DNA of 64,000 nt from an uncultured SAR86 cluster bacterium (GCA_902626385.1 CACOEZ010000001.1:145864-209863), one strand, 5' to 3'. Shown: positions 36,079 to 46,554, counted from the stretch's first letter. Program-made: numbers and translations. Notes: generated by a model not told the origin, from the letters alone.

Positions 36079-37091
36079 AATTGACTAATTATATCTTTAT
36101 ATATTTTATCTTTCTCTTCTTTAACTTTCTCTTTGGAAAATTTTGCAAGAATTGAAAAATCTGCTTCATTAATCTTTTTCTCAAGTTTTGAAATATATTC
36201 TAAAGATTCGATTAAATTTGGGAGAACCTTTAGCTCTTTAATAAGCTCACTATTTGCCTTGAAATCAATAGCATATATCAAAGACAGTAGCTCAGATTTA
36301 TCTTTACCCCTTGAGATCATTGAAAGGCTTCTTAAACAGTTACTAGAGTGCTGAAGTTTTTTTGGAATTGGAAGGCTTTGACCAAGCAAGAAACTATTAT
36401 TTATTTGAAGCTCGCACCATCTAATTAATTTGTTAGGGTGAGTATCGCAAACGGCGGAATTTAAATTTTCAAAAAAAGGACTTTTTAAATTTAATGAAAT
36501 AATTTTTTCAAAAAATTTATTAGGATTTTTATTATCGAGTGATTTACTAACTTCTGCCCATACCCTATCTGGCAGCAGCTCAGATAATTCATTAGATTCA
36601 ACAATTTTTTCTACATGCTCAACGGTTGATTCAGATATCTTAAAGTCAGATAGATGTTCATAAGAATAGAACCTTGCAAGTCTTATTGCTCTTAATGGAT
36701 CTTCGTGAAAAGCATCAGAAACATGCCTGAAAATCTTCTGCTCTAAATCATCTGTGCCATTGTGTGGATCTATGATATTTCCATCCTTATCTTGTGCGAT
36801 AGCATTTATGGTGAAATCTCTTCTAAGCAAGTCTTCTTCAATCGTAACGTCTTTGCCATAATAAAAAGTAAAGCCATGATAGCCAGTTCCAGATTTTCTT
36901 TCAGTTCTAGCCAAAGCATATTCTTCTTTGGTTTCTGGATGTAAAAAAACAGGAAAATCTTTGCCGATCGGCTTGTATCCTTTTGAAATCATTTCCTCAG
37001 GAGAAGAACCAATGACTACCCAATCATTATCAGAGGCATCAACCCCCAATAAAGAGTCTCTTACAGCACCTCCCACTTTATATACTTTCAT
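36075..37091 (-). CDS. cca: CCA-adding tRNA nucleotidyltransferase (class II, no recognisable HD domain)
   Basis: MKVYKVGGAVRDSLLG...DNDWVV and RDFTINA. The start is taken at the ATG giving MKVYKVGG. Overlaps the apaH 3' end. Confidence 0.85.
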   Translation of the reverse strand: MKVYKVGGAVRDSLLGVDASDNDWVVIGSSPEEMISKGYKPIGKDFPVFLHPETKEEYALARTERKSGTGYHGFTFYYGKDVTIEEDLLRRDFTINAIAQDKDGNIIDPHNGTDDLEQKIFRHVSDAFHEDPLRAIRLARFYSYEHLSDFKISESTVEHVEKIVESNELSELLPDRVWAEVSKSLDNKNPNKFFEKIISLNLKSPFFENLNSAVCDTHPNKLIRWCELQINNSFLLGQSLPIPKKLQHSSNCLRSLSMISRGKDKSELLSLIYAIDFKANSELIKELKVLPNLIESLEYISKLEKKINEADFSILAKFSKEKVKEEKDKIYKDIISQL

Positions 37092-37890
37092 ATTTAACAC
37101 TAATAATTTTTTTATCTTCCAGTCTAATAGCAGTTAACTTTTTACCCCAAACACAGCCTGTATCTAATCCAATAATATTATTTAGCTTAGTTTTACCATT
37201 AAGTGCAGCCCAATGACCAAAAATTATGTATTCATTATCATCTAGATTATCAATCGTTTGTTTAAACCATGGAATATAATTTTTTTGAGATTTTAAATCC
37301 TTTTTATCAAGCATTAGACTTCCTTTCTTATCTAAGTATCTCATTCTTGTAAAATAGTTAATAATTGTTCTATATCTTTTTGATCCTTCTAATTTAGTGT
37401 TCCATCGCTTTGGTTCATCACCCCACATATTTTTTAATAGAGAATACGAATCTTTTTTCAAAACCTTCTGTATTTCATCTGAAAGCGTTTTTGCAGTTTC
37501 AAAACTCCAAATAAAAGGTATTCCTGCATGAGCTATCCAAAAAGTTTCATTACTTTCTTTAATATAAACTTTTAAAAGCAGGGGCAAGCTTTTAATCCAA
37601 TTATTTATGTCTTTGACATGTTTCGAGTCTAATATTTTATTCAGAGAAGTATTTCTTTCATTATGTTCAATTAAATACATTAAATAAAAGTCATGATTAC
37701 CAAGCACCGCGCGGATAGAATTCTTATTTCTTAAACAGAACTTCATAACATCAAGTGACTTAGCTCCTCTGTTAACTAAATCACCAGCAAAAATTAATTG
37801 ATCTTTATTTGGATCGAATTTTATTTTGTTACAGAGTTTTTCAAGTTCATCATAACAACCCTGAACATCGCCAATTACATAATGAGACAT
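37078..37890 (-). CDS. apaH: bis(5'-nucleosyl)-tetraphosphatase (symmetrical)
   Basis: YVIGDVQGCYDEL, GDLVNRG and GNHD metallophosphatase motifs. Confidence 0.9.
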   Translation of the reverse strand: MSHYVIGDVQGCYDELEKLCNKIKFDPNKDQLIFAGDLVNRGAKSLDVMKFCLRNKNSIRAVLGNHDFYLMYLIEHNERNTSLNKILDSKHVKDINNWIKSLPLLLKVYIKESNETFWIAHAGIPFIWSFETAKTLSDEIQKVLKKDSYSLLKNMWGDEPKRWNTKLEGSKRYRTIINYFTRMRYLDKKGSLMLDKKDLKSQKNYIPWFKQTIDNLDDNEYIIFGHWAALNGKTKLNNIIGLDTGCVWGKKLTAIRLEDKKIISVKYESI

Positions 37891-38658
37891 CTATGAATTA
37901 TATTCTTTTAAAATATCAATATATTCACGAATAGAGATTTCTTCTGGTCTTTTATTAGGATCAACATTAATCTTTTCCCAATTAATTTTAATATTTTTTA
38001 AATTATTTTTAATATTTTTTCTACGAGATGTAAAAGCAAAATCGATTATCCTGAATAGATCTTCTTTAATTGAAATGTCGTAATCAAGATTTTTCTTTTT
38101 TATAAGTCTTATAAAACTTGAATCAACTTTTGGCTTAATATCAAACGAGCTTGGTGGAACATCAAATAAAATTTCACTCTCAAAAAATAATGATATTTTT
38201 AAGGCAAGCTTGCCCCAATTTTTAGTAGACTTTTCCCCATTTATTTTTGTTGCGACTTCTTTTTGAACAAGAAAATGCATATCATGGATTATCTGATAAT
38301 CATTTATTAATTTTAAAATTATTTGTGTTGAAACATTATAGGGAAGGTTGCCAACAACTCTTAGAGATTGAGAATCTCTGGGAAGATCAAATTTAAGAAA
38401 ATCACATTCAACAAATTTTAAATTACCAGGCCCATTATATTTTTCTCTTAAGTATGAGATATTCTCTTCATCAATATCAACAGCAAGAATATTTATATTC
38501 TTCTTGTTTATTTGTTCAGTCAGCGCTCCTCGCCCAGGACCGATTTCTACAAATGAATCATTTTGTTTTGGATTAATATAACTACTCATTTCAAATAAAA
38601 CAGCTTTATCTTTTAGATAATTTTGGCCAAATTTTCTTCTCTTACTTCTTGAATTCAT
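37891..38658 (-). CDS. rsmA: 16S rRNA (adenine1518/1519-N6)-dimethyltransferase
   Basis: KFGQNYL, EIGPGRGALT and GNLPYNVST. Confidence 0.9.
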   Translation of the reverse strand: MNSRSKRRKFGQNYLKDKAVLFEMSSYINPKQNDSFVEIGPGRGALTEQINKKNINILAVDIDEENISYLREKYNGPGNLKFVECDFLKFDLPRDSQSLRVVGNLPYNVSTQIILKLINDYQIIHDMHFLVQKEVATKINGEKSTKNWGKLALKISLFFESEILFDVPPSSFDIKPKVDSSFIRLIKKKNLDYDISIKEDLFRIIDFAFTSRRKNIKNNLKNIKINWEKINVDPNKRPEEISIREYIDILKEYNS

Positions 38659-39638
38659 CTAATAAGATTTTCAGCACTTTCCACTGCTAATTTGAGTGAC
38701 GATATGTCTGACATACCAGATCCAGCAATATCTAGAGCAACCCCATGATCTACTGAAGTTCTTATAATAGGAACTCCAAGAGTTATATTTATTGACTTTC
38801 CAAAGCTCAATGCCTTCAGAACAGGAAGTACCTGATCATGATACATGCCAAGATAAGCGTCAGTTTCGTCTAAATATTTTTTAGAAAAAGCTGTATCAGC
38901 AGATATTGGGAATGATACATTTATTTTTAACTTCTTTAACTTTTTAATAGCCGGTATAAGAACTTCTTTTTCTTCAATTCCAATCTTACCGTTCTCACCC
39001 GCATGAGGATTTAGGCCTAACACTTTTATAACAGGGTTTTTAATTCCAAATTTTTTTTTGAGATCACCATTAAGAATTTTTACTTTATTAATAATTAATT
39101 CTTGATTGATTGTCTTCGGGACTTTTCTAAGAGGTATGTGTGTTGTTGCTAATGCGACTCTTAGCTTATCTGAAGCAAGCATCATTAGAACATCACTGCT
39201 TTTTGTCATTGCTTTAATATGCTCAGTGTGCCCAGTAAATTTTTTATTTATTGAAATAATATTTTCTTTACTTATTGGCCCCGTAACTAAAGCAGTATTT
39301 TTATTCAAAAGAGTTTTTTCAATGCCAAAGTTTAGATTCTCCAAAACATAATTAGCATTAGATTTATGAATTTTACCAACGTCAAAATTTTTACAATTTA
39401 AAACTTTATAAACTTGTATTACTCCAGTTTTATTTTTACTGGCTTTTTCTATATCGTTTAGTTCTACTAATTTAATATTCTTTTTAAGAAGAAATGCTCT
39501 TTCTTCAAAAAGTTTTTTATCACCAATTACAACTATTGGAAATAAAAATTTACTCCATGTTTTTGTTTTACATAGTTGAAGTATTAAATCTGGCCCAATT
39601 CCAGCCGGCTCACCAGGCGAATATATAATTTTTTTCAA
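38655..39638 (-). CDS. pdxA: 4-hydroxythreonine-4-phosphate dehydrogenase
   Basis: GEPAGIGPDL, TGHTE, GLNPHAGE and RTSVDHGVALD. Confidence 0.9.
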   Translation of the reverse strand: MKKIIYSPGEPAGIGPDLILQLCKTKTWSKFLFPIVVIGDKKLFEERAFLLKKNIKLVELNDIEKASKNKTGVIQVYKVLNCKNFDVGKIHKSNANYVLENLNFGIEKTLLNKNTALVTGPISKENIISINKKFTGHTEHIKAMTKSSDVLMMLASDKLRVALATTHIPLRKVPKTINQELIINKVKILNGDLKKKFGIKNPVIKVLGLNPHAGENGKIGIEEKEVLIPAIKKLKKLKINVSFPISADTAFSKKYLDETDAYLGMYHDQVLPVLKALSFGKSINITLGVPIIRTSVDHGVALDIAGSGMSDISSLKLAVESAENLIR

Positions 39639-40873
39639 TCTAGATCTTTGAATTCAACAAAAGCCTCCGCTCTCATTGTTCTAAGTGTATTTTCAAGCTC
39701 GACATCAAATTTACTGGCATATAGGATTTGATAAGCTCTATTAGATATTAACTCGTCTGTAAGTTCATGATTTCTTTTATCCAAAACTTCAAGAAAATGG
39801 AATCCAAAATCGGTCTCAAATACTTCTGAAATAACACCAATTTCTGACGTTGTCATTGTTTGCTCAAACTCGGGTGCGGTCACACCTAAACCTAACCATC
39901 CTAAATCTCCGCCTTGCTTCGCAGACCCAGGATCCTCTGAGAACTCTTTGGCAAGATCCTCAAATTTTTCACCATTTATGATTCTCTCTCTAATTTCAGT
40001 TAGTTGCAATTTAGTTTCATCTTCAGTTCTTATCGCAGATGGTATTAGTAGGATATGTCTAGAACTCCATTGATCTTCAAATTTAACGTATTCACCTCTT
40101 TTATCCTCAAGCTTGAGAATGTGATATCCAGAACCACTTTCCAATGGCTCAGATATAAAACCAATAGACTGTTTTTTAACTGCATTTTCAAAAAGCTCTG
40201 GCATCTCTACTGCTTTTCTCCATGGAAGTAGGCCTCCCGATGATGCATTAGAGCTTATTGAGTATTGAATAGCCAGATTACCGAAATCTTCACTTTCAAG
40301 CTTTGTTTTTATTAGTTCAGCCGTATCTTTATCTTTAACTAAGATTTGTCTTACTAACAGTTCAGGTTCAAGTGCTGCAAGAGTCTCATCAGTTGCTAGG
40401 AAAGCTTCAAATTCTTTTTCAGTTATATCAATATTTGAATCTACTCTTCCTCGTTGAATTCTTTGTATTCGCATGTCTCTTCGAATACTTTCTCGAAGTT
40501 GTTCATATGAGTCACCTTGATTTTCAACAAAAGCAATGAATTCTTCCAAGGTCATACTATTGTTTGAAGCAAGTCTTTCAAAAGTTACATTGAGTTCAGC
40601 ATCACTTATTTTTACACCAGCCCTGTCAGCTAATTGAAGTTGCAATTCTTCTATTATGAGTCTTTCGGTTATTTGCTCCATTAAAACATCCATAGGTGGA
40701 AGGGGTAAGTTCTGCTCCTCATAACTCTTTTTGATATCAACAAGAGTATCTTCAATCTGGGATTCCATGATTACTCCGTCATCTACAATGACTGCCACTC
40801 TGTCTAGCAATTCAACTTTTGCGCTTAAATTAAACGCCAAGATTAAAACTAAGCTATATAAAACTGATTTCAT
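39635..40873 (-). CDS. surA: periplasmic chaperone / peptidyl-prolyl isomerase SurA
   Basis: Signal peptide, SurA N-domain (DRVAVIVDDGVIMESQ) and a parvulin domain (GGDLGW...GFH). pdxA-surA-lptD synteny. Confidence 0.85.
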   Translation of the reverse strand: MKSVLYSLVLILAFNLSAKVELLDRVAVIVDDGVIMESQIEDTLVDIKKSYEEQNLPLPPMDVLMEQITERLIIEELQLQLADRAGVKISDAELNVTFERLASNNSMTLEEFIAFVENQGDSYEQLRESIRRDMRIQRIQRGRVDSNIDITEKEFEAFLATDETLAALEPELLVRQILVKDKDTAELIKTKLESEDFGNLAIQYSISSNASSGGLLPWRKAVEMPELFENAVKKQSIGFISEPLESGSGYHILKLEDKRGEYVKFEDQWSSRHILLIPSAIRTEDETKLQLTEIRERIINGEKFEDLAKEFSEDPGSAKQGGDLGWLGLGVTAPEFEQTMTTSEIGVISEVFETDFGFHFLEVLDKRNHELTDELISNRAYQILYASKFDVELENTLRTMRAEAFVEFKDLD

Positions 40874-40876
40874 TAT

Positions 40877-43297
40877 CTAATATTCAAATATTGAGTTATT
40901 AAAGAGTCTTCCAGGTCTATTAAAGGACGAGTTTAGTCCCTTTAGCTGAAACTGAAAATTAATCCTACTCTTATTTTCTATTCTTATTATATTATCCCAT
41001 GCATCATTAAGATATGTGAACGAATTTAAATTTGAAGCAGTTAAATATTTTGAAAGATTTTTATCAGAAGCTGTAATACTTAATTTTAAGCAGCAATTCT
41101 CATATCCAAGCCCAAAAACAGATTCTATTTTTTCATTGTTTTCATCATCCATTTTAAATTTTGCAATTAGCGAAATATTTTGATTAATTTTCAAATCAGC
41201 AAAGAATTCTGAGTAGTCTAAAATTACATTAAAATCTCCTGACATACGCCTATACCTCTTAGCGAGACCAATATCACCATTTTTGAATTTATGTTTAAGT
41301 GTTAATCCGCCCATAGGCATTTTCTTAGTGTCTTCAAAATAACCACCATATGACATTAACATTGTCTTCATACTTGGCATCCATTTTGCCATGACAACAA
41401 ATGGGCCTTCATCCATCGGCATATCCATCATTGAATTTGAGGTATCCATCATGGGTCCTGGCATATGCATCATTTGAGAAGACATTCCCGACATGTCCAT
41501 TGAAGAATCATTCATATTCATCATCATATTGTCAATCCACACTTTTCTATCTTTTAAAAAGAATTGCTTAGAAATACTTAAGGACACTTTATCCATATTC
41601 ATATGCCTTTTTTTGTATTCAAAATTTAAGGAATAAAACTCTTGGTCACCGATTCTATCCTTGCCTGAAAATCTTTCATTATTAAATAGAGTGTTGTTCA
41701 TTGATAAAATATTTGAGTCAAAAACAGGATTATTTTCTTGATCTTTATAGTCAACAAAACCATAAGTTAGTGAAGGTTTAATGATATGTTTATCCATATT
41801 TACTTTTTTTATAAACATTGAGCTTATTATTAGCTTAAAGTTCGGAACATTAACATTCTTTGTTTTAATATCATCTCTAAGATTGTATTTAATACTCTTA
41901 ATCCCAAATGAACTTTGTAAATGAGCTTTTGAAAAATATTTATTAGTAACTATTCTAAAATCTGAATATATTCTTGAGCCTTCAGTGATTTCATCTAAAT
42001 TTACAAGATATTTATTTGATTTTTTATTTCCGTAAAAACCATGGAGCTCACTTGCCTTGAAATTAGTAATATTTAGATATTCATAAATTGCAAAACTACC
42101 AAGGTTTTTTGAAAACTCTAGATCAATTGAAGGAGATTTTGAATAACCATTTGTTAACAAAGGATTTAGACTTTGATTTTTTTGCTGTTCTATTTTTAAA
42201 ATAAAGTTTTCGTATACAGCTTCTAAAGTGATGTTCTGATTTAGGCTTTGTTTTCTTTCAGAACCAATTGAAGATATCTCCCCACTGATATCTCTTAAAA
42301 CTAGACTATCCGAAGCTTTAGACCAGTCAACGTCAACTCTTATGTTTTGATTAAATTGATATTTGTCTTTTAAACCAAAAGCCCATCTGTTACTTGCAGA
42401 AGTGCCATATAATTTTTCGTATTCTTTATCGCTATCAAAATATAAAAAATCGACATTAGTTAAATTAGAATTCAATCCATGTAATTTTCTGAAATTACCC
42501 TCTAATCCAGCACCCCTCTCTGAAATATTTCTTACAGCTAGGGTAATATCTGATTCTTTTGATAAAACTTTAAAATATGGAATCATAAAGTCCAAACCAT
42601 CGGATGAGTAAGATATGGATGGTTCAAGAAATCCTGTCATTCTTTCTTCTGATGTTGCAAAAGGTACTGAAGGTAGTTTTAAAACAGTCCTATCAAGGAT
42701 TTTGATTTGAACATTTTTGGCACTTCCTCTGTTTGTTACGCTATCTAAATTAATAGATTCAGCTTTTAAGACCCATCCTTTTTTTGAATCTTGGCATGAG
42801 GTCATTAAAACATCATTAAGAATTACTTTATTATCAATACCTCCATTTAGGTTTTTAAAATTCAGAATTAAATTTCTATCTTTTAGGTAAGCCTCACCAT
42901 TAATCAAATTTATAAAATTATTATCTTTATTAAATACACCTTCTTCAGCACGAAAGAAAAAATTATTTAAATATATATCGCCACTTTTCCTGAACTCAAC
43001 AGAGCCTTTAGATCTATCTATTCTCGCTTTTTCTGTAAACATATATCCGTCTGGAAAGTCTAACTCGATGTTACCGTTGAGTATTAAAACCTTTTCGTCT
43101 GTAACTTCAAATTGGTCTGATTTTATATCCAGATTATCTATGTCCTTCACAGAGCCCAAATATGGCTCATAAATAAAACATGACTCTAATGAAGCATTAT
43201 TTTGCTTAAGAACTCCATCATCCAGTAAATTTGAGTACAAATATGTATGTGTAAAGATAATACAGCTAAAGAAAACTATTCTATTTATGATTTTCAT
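40877..43297 (-). CDS. lptD: LPS-assembly outer-membrane protein LptD, with a Met-rich insertion
   Basis: Signal peptide, OstA-like N-domain and a long beta-barrel-type C-terminal region. Position upstream of surA-pdxA-rsmA-apaH. Confidence 0.85.
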   Translation of the reverse strand: MKIINRIVFFSCIIFTHTYLYSNLLDDGVLKQNNASLESCFIYEPYLGSVKDIDNLDIKSDQFEVTDEKVLILNGNIELDFPDGYMFTEKARIDRSKGSVEFRKSGDIYLNNFFFRAEEGVFNKDNNFINLINGEAYLKDRNLILNFKNLNGGIDNKVILNDVLMTSCQDSKKGWVLKAESINLDSVTNRGSAKNVQIKILDRTVLKLPSVPFATSEERMTGFLEPSISYSSDGLDFMIPYFKVLSKESDITLAVRNISERGAGLEGNFRKLHGLNSNLTNVDFLYFDSDKEYEKLYGTSASNRWAFGLKDKYQFNQNIRVDVDWSKASDSLVLRDISGEISSIGSERKQSLNQNITLEAVYENFILKIEQQKNQSLNPLLTNGYSKSPSIDLEFSKNLGSFAIYEYLNITNFKASELHGFYGNKKSNKYLVNLDEITEGSRIYSDFRIVTNKYFSKAHLQSSFGIKSIKYNLRDDIKTKNVNVPNFKLIISSMFIKKVNMDKHIIKPSLTYGFVDYKDQENNPVFDSNILSMNNTLFNNERFSGKDRIGDQEFYSLNFEYKKRHMNMDKVSLSISKQFFLKDRKVWIDNMMMNMNDSSMDMSGMSSQMMHMPGPMMDTSNSMMDMPMDEGPFVVMAKWMPSMKTMLMSYGGYFEDTKKMPMGGLTLKHKFKNGDIGLAKRYRRMSGDFNVILDYSEFFADLKINQNISLIAKFKMDDENNEKIESVFGLGYENCCLKLSITASDKNLSKYLTASNLNSFTYLNDAWDNIIRIENKSRINFQFQLKGLNSSFNRPGRLFNNSIFEY

Positions 43298-43345
43298 TGA
43301 TTTTTGAATGCTTTAATTATTTGAAAGTATTTATGATAAAAAGTT

Positions 43346-43948
43346 CTATTTTTTTGATTCAATATATAACTCTAGTTGATACAAATGATCTTTCCCAAAA
43401 AATATCTGATCATCTAGGAAAAAAGTTGGAACGCCAAAAGCTCCTTTTGCAACCGCTGAATCTGTGTTAGAAATTAACTTATCTTTACAGGATTGAGAAG
43501 TAATAATTTCAAGAATTGCACCCACATCAAACCCATTTTCTTTTAAGACACTTTGCAGGACATCTATATCCGAAATATTTTTATCTTCTTCCCACATAGC
43601 ACACAACATACATTCAATGTATTCTTCAAATACATTTAGTTCTTGCGCAGCTATTGCACCTCTCTGAACTTGAATTGTTACCGGAGGAAAATGTGAATTA
43701 AATTTATATTTTTTTAAATTATGTTGCTTAACAAATCTATCTATTTCATGCATTTGATAATCGTTTTTATTTTTACAATCAGCATAAGCAATGAATGGTG
43801 GCTGATTGTTTGTCATTTTATGAATTCCACCAAGCAAACACGGTATGTAATTGAAGTTTGCTCCAGTTCTTTTTTCAATTTCAGGAATTAACTTATGTGA
43901 AAAATAAGTATTAGGGCTGGCAACGTCAAAAATAAAGTCTACTATCAT
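43346..43948 (-). CDS. DsbA-like thioredoxin-fold protein (2-hydroxychromene-2-carboxylate isomerase family)
   Basis: MIVDFIFDVASPNTYF N-terminus and GAFGVPTFFLDDQIFFGKD C-terminal motif. The start is taken at the ATG at 43948, not 43978. Confidence 0.7.
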   Translation of the reverse strand: MIVDFIFDVASPNTYFSHKLIPEIEKRTGANFNYIPCLLGGIHKMTNNQPPFIAYADCKNKNDYQMHEIDRFVKQHNLKKYKFNSHFPPVTIQVQRGAIAAQELNVFEEYIECMLCAMWEEDKNISDIDVLQSVLKENGFDVGAILEIITSQSCKDKLISNTDSAVAKGAFGVPTFFLDDQIFFGKDHLYQLELYIESKK

Positions 43949-43990
43949 TTCTATTAACAATTTTGTAAAGTAAAACAATTAAACACTGTT

Positions 43991-44731
43991 ATGAAAGATT
44001 TTTCAAAATATTCTGCAATTATCATTGGGGCTGGTGATGCTACTGGCGCAGCAATTACCAGAAAGTTTGCCAGTCATGGATATAAAGTTTGTCCTGCAAG
44101 GAGACCTAGAAATATAGATAAAGTTGAAGAACTGTCTGAGGACATTATTAAGTCTGGAGGCTGGTCTAAGGGCTATGGCGTTGATGCTAGAGACGAAGAA
44201 TCAATACAAAGTTTCTTCAAAGAGGTTGAAGAAGAAGTAGCACCTATTGATGTTGTTGTATTTAATCCAGGAGCAAACGTATATTTTCCCATTGAGGAAA
44301 CAACCTCTAGAGTTTTTAAAAAAGTATGGGAAATGGCAGCTTTTGCAGGATTTTTAACTGGAAGAGAAGCCGCAAAGTATATGAGAAAAAGGAGTTCTGG
44401 CAGTATTTTCTTTACTGGAGCAACCGCATCGTTAAGAGGGGGCTCTGGTTTTGCAGCTTTTTCAAGTGCTAAATTCGCTTTGAGATCTGTCAGTCAGAGT
44501 ATGGCAAGAGAACTTGGGCCAGAAGGTATACATGTTGCACATTTTATAATTGATGGAGCAATAGATACTGCATTTATTAAGGAAAATTTCCCTGATACTT
44601 ATGCATTAAAGGATAAAGATGGGATACTTAAACCTGATGCAATTGCAGATACATATTGGAATGTGCATACACAAGACAGAAGCGCATGGACACATGAATT
44701 AGATTTGCGTCCATACATGGAAAAATTTTAA
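43991..44731 (+). CDS. short-chain dehydrogenase/reductase
   Basis: IIGAGDATGAAI cofactor motif and the SSAKFAL (S-x3-K region) catalytic segment. Confidence 0.8.
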   Translation: MKDFSKYSAIIIGAGDATGAAITRKFASHGYKVCPARRPRNIDKVEELSEDIIKSGGWSKGYGVDARDEESIQSFFKEVEEEVAPIDVVVFNPGANVYFPIEETTSRVFKKVWEMAAFAGFLTGREAAKYMRKRSSGSIFFTGATASLRGGSGFAAFSSAKFALRSVSQSMARELGPEGIHVAHFIIDGAIDTAFIKENFPDTYALKDKDGILKPDAIADTYWNVHTQDRSAWTHELDLRPYMEKF

Positions 44732-44748
44732 TTTAAAGAGAGGTATAT

Positions 44749-45606
44749 ATGAGTTTAAAAGATAAAGTAATTTTTATATCTGGTGGCAGCAGAGGTATTG
44801 GTCTGGCTATGGTAAAAAGAGCAGCACAAGATGGTGCTAAAGTAGTTATAGCCGCTAAGACTGCTGATCCTCATCCCAAATTACCTGGAACAATATATAC
44901 GGCAGCAGAAGAAATAGTTGAAGCGGGTGGCGAAGCTCTACCTGTAATATGTGATATAAGAAGCGAAGACAATGTTAGAGATGCAGTTAATCAAGCTGTT
45001 GATCATTTTGGAGGTATAGATATTTGCATTAATAATGCCTCAGCAATTCAATTGACAAATGTTACTGATACTGAAATGAAAAGATATGATCTAATGCATC
45101 AGATAAATGGAAGAGGCACATATATGGTTAGCAAATTTTGTTTACCACATTTAAAAAAGTCCACCAATGCTCATATTTTAAATCTTGCTCCGCCGCTCGA
45201 TATGGCACCTAAATGGTTTGCAGGAACTGTTGCATATACCATGGCAAAATACACAATGAGTATGTGTGTTCTAGGCATGGCTGAAGAATTTAAAGAAATG
45301 GGGATAGCAGTTAATGCTCTTTGGCCTAGAACAGCTATTGCAACAGCAGCAGTTCAGAATCACCTTGGTGGTGACGAAATTATGAAGTTATCAAGAACTG
45401 TTGAGATAATGGCAGACGCAGCTTACGAAATTCTTATAAAAGACTCCAAAGAATTTACCGGGAATTTTTGTATAGATGATATTGTTCTTCATGAATCAGG
45501 CGTTAAAGATTTTTCAAAATATGCATCTGTTCCTTTTGGTGAATTAATGCCAGACTTTTTTGTTCCTGATGATACTCCTCTTCCAGATGAGATTAAGAAT
45601 AGTTAA
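44749..45606 (+). CDS. short-chain dehydrogenase/reductase (HSDL2-like)
   Basis: ISGGSRGIGLAM cofactor motif, NNAS, and YTMAKYTM Y-x3-K. Confidence 0.8.
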   Translation: MSLKDKVIFISGGSRGIGLAMVKRAAQDGAKVVIAAKTADPHPKLPGTIYTAAEEIVEAGGEALPVICDIRSEDNVRDAVNQAVDHFGGIDICINNASAIQLTNVTDTEMKRYDLMHQINGRGTYMVSKFCLPHLKKSTNAHILNLAPPLDMAPKWFAGTVAYTMAKYTMSMCVLGMAEEFKEMGIAVNALWPRTAIATAAVQNHLGGDEIMKLSRTVEIMADAAYEILIKDSKEFTGNFCIDDIVLHESGVKDFSKYASVPFGELMPDFFVPDDTPLPDEIKNS

Positions 45607-46554
45607 TTGAAAGAAGAAGAAGTATTAAATCTAGCAAAAAAATTCGAATTCAATGCTTATGAAGCTTTTCCCCTGAAAGATGAAGCAAGTGGCAGAGAAT
45701 ACTGGCGGATATCTTCAGAAACTGAAAGTAAAATTTTATGTTATTTAAATCCAAGTAAAGGCAATCATGGAGATTTTATTAAAATCTCAGAAAGTCTTCT
45801 TGCAAATAATGTAGATGCTGTAAAAGTATTCCATCATGATGAAAAGATGGGGGTTACAATTCAAGAAGATCTAGGCGATGAAGACTTAATCAAAATTTTT
45901 AATGACGATAATAAGGATTCATTGATCAAGAAGTCACTAGATCTTTTAGTCACTATCCAGCAGTCAAATATTGAGAAAATTAGCAAGTTTTCTATAGAGG
46001 AACTTAGAAATCAAATGAATTTATTTAAGGCAAGTTTTTGTAAAGATTTTTTAAATATTGATCCAGATAAATCATTAGATGGATTAATAGATAGCGTGTG
46101 TAGCAATATACAAAATCAATCATGGAAAAATTGTCATTTTGATTTTGAAAGACGAAATTTAATTCTAAATAAGCATGGAACAATTTCAGTAATTGATTAT
46201 CAAGATATGAGGATTGGACCAATTGGAATAGATTTGTCCGGAATTTTGGTTGATCACTATTATCCTTACGAAGAAAATAACGTTAAGGAATATCTCTGTT
46301 ATTACGCAGATATATCAGGTACAAAAGATATTTCATATCTTTTTGAAGCATTAAAGTGGGGATGCATACAAAGAAATCTCAGAATTCTTGGGACTTTGAC
46401 AGATTTATATGTTTCTCAAAATAGAAAATTTAGACTAAAAGACTTACCCTTGATTTTAGAAAACACTATTGCTATTTCAAGTGATGAAAATTTTATTACC
46501 GATTTCTTTGAAGAAATCCTCCATGCTCTAAAATTAAAAATGAGTTCACTATGA
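45607..46554 (+). CDS. amgK: APH-fold sugar kinase, probable N-acetylmuramate/N-acetylglucosamine anomeric kinase
   Basis: HFDFERRNLIL catalytic loop and VIDYQDMRIGP motif. TTG start. Paired with a murU-like gene as in Pseudomonas (lptD-amgK-murU). Confidence 0.65.
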   Translation: MKEEEVLNLAKKFEFNAYEAFPLKDEASGREYWRISSETESKILCYLNPSKGNHGDFIKISESLLANNVDAVKVFHHDEKMGVTIQEDLGDEDLIKIFNDDNKDSLIKKSLDLLVTIQQSNIEKISKFSIEELRNQMNLFKASFCKDFLNIDPDKSLDGLIDSVCSNIQNQSWKNCHFDFERRNLILNKHGTISVIDYQDMRIGPIGIDLSGILVDHYYPYEENNVKEYLCYYADISGTKDISYLFEALKWGCIQRNLRILGTLTDLYVSQNRKFRLKDLPLILENTIAISSDENFITDFFEEILHALKLKMSSL

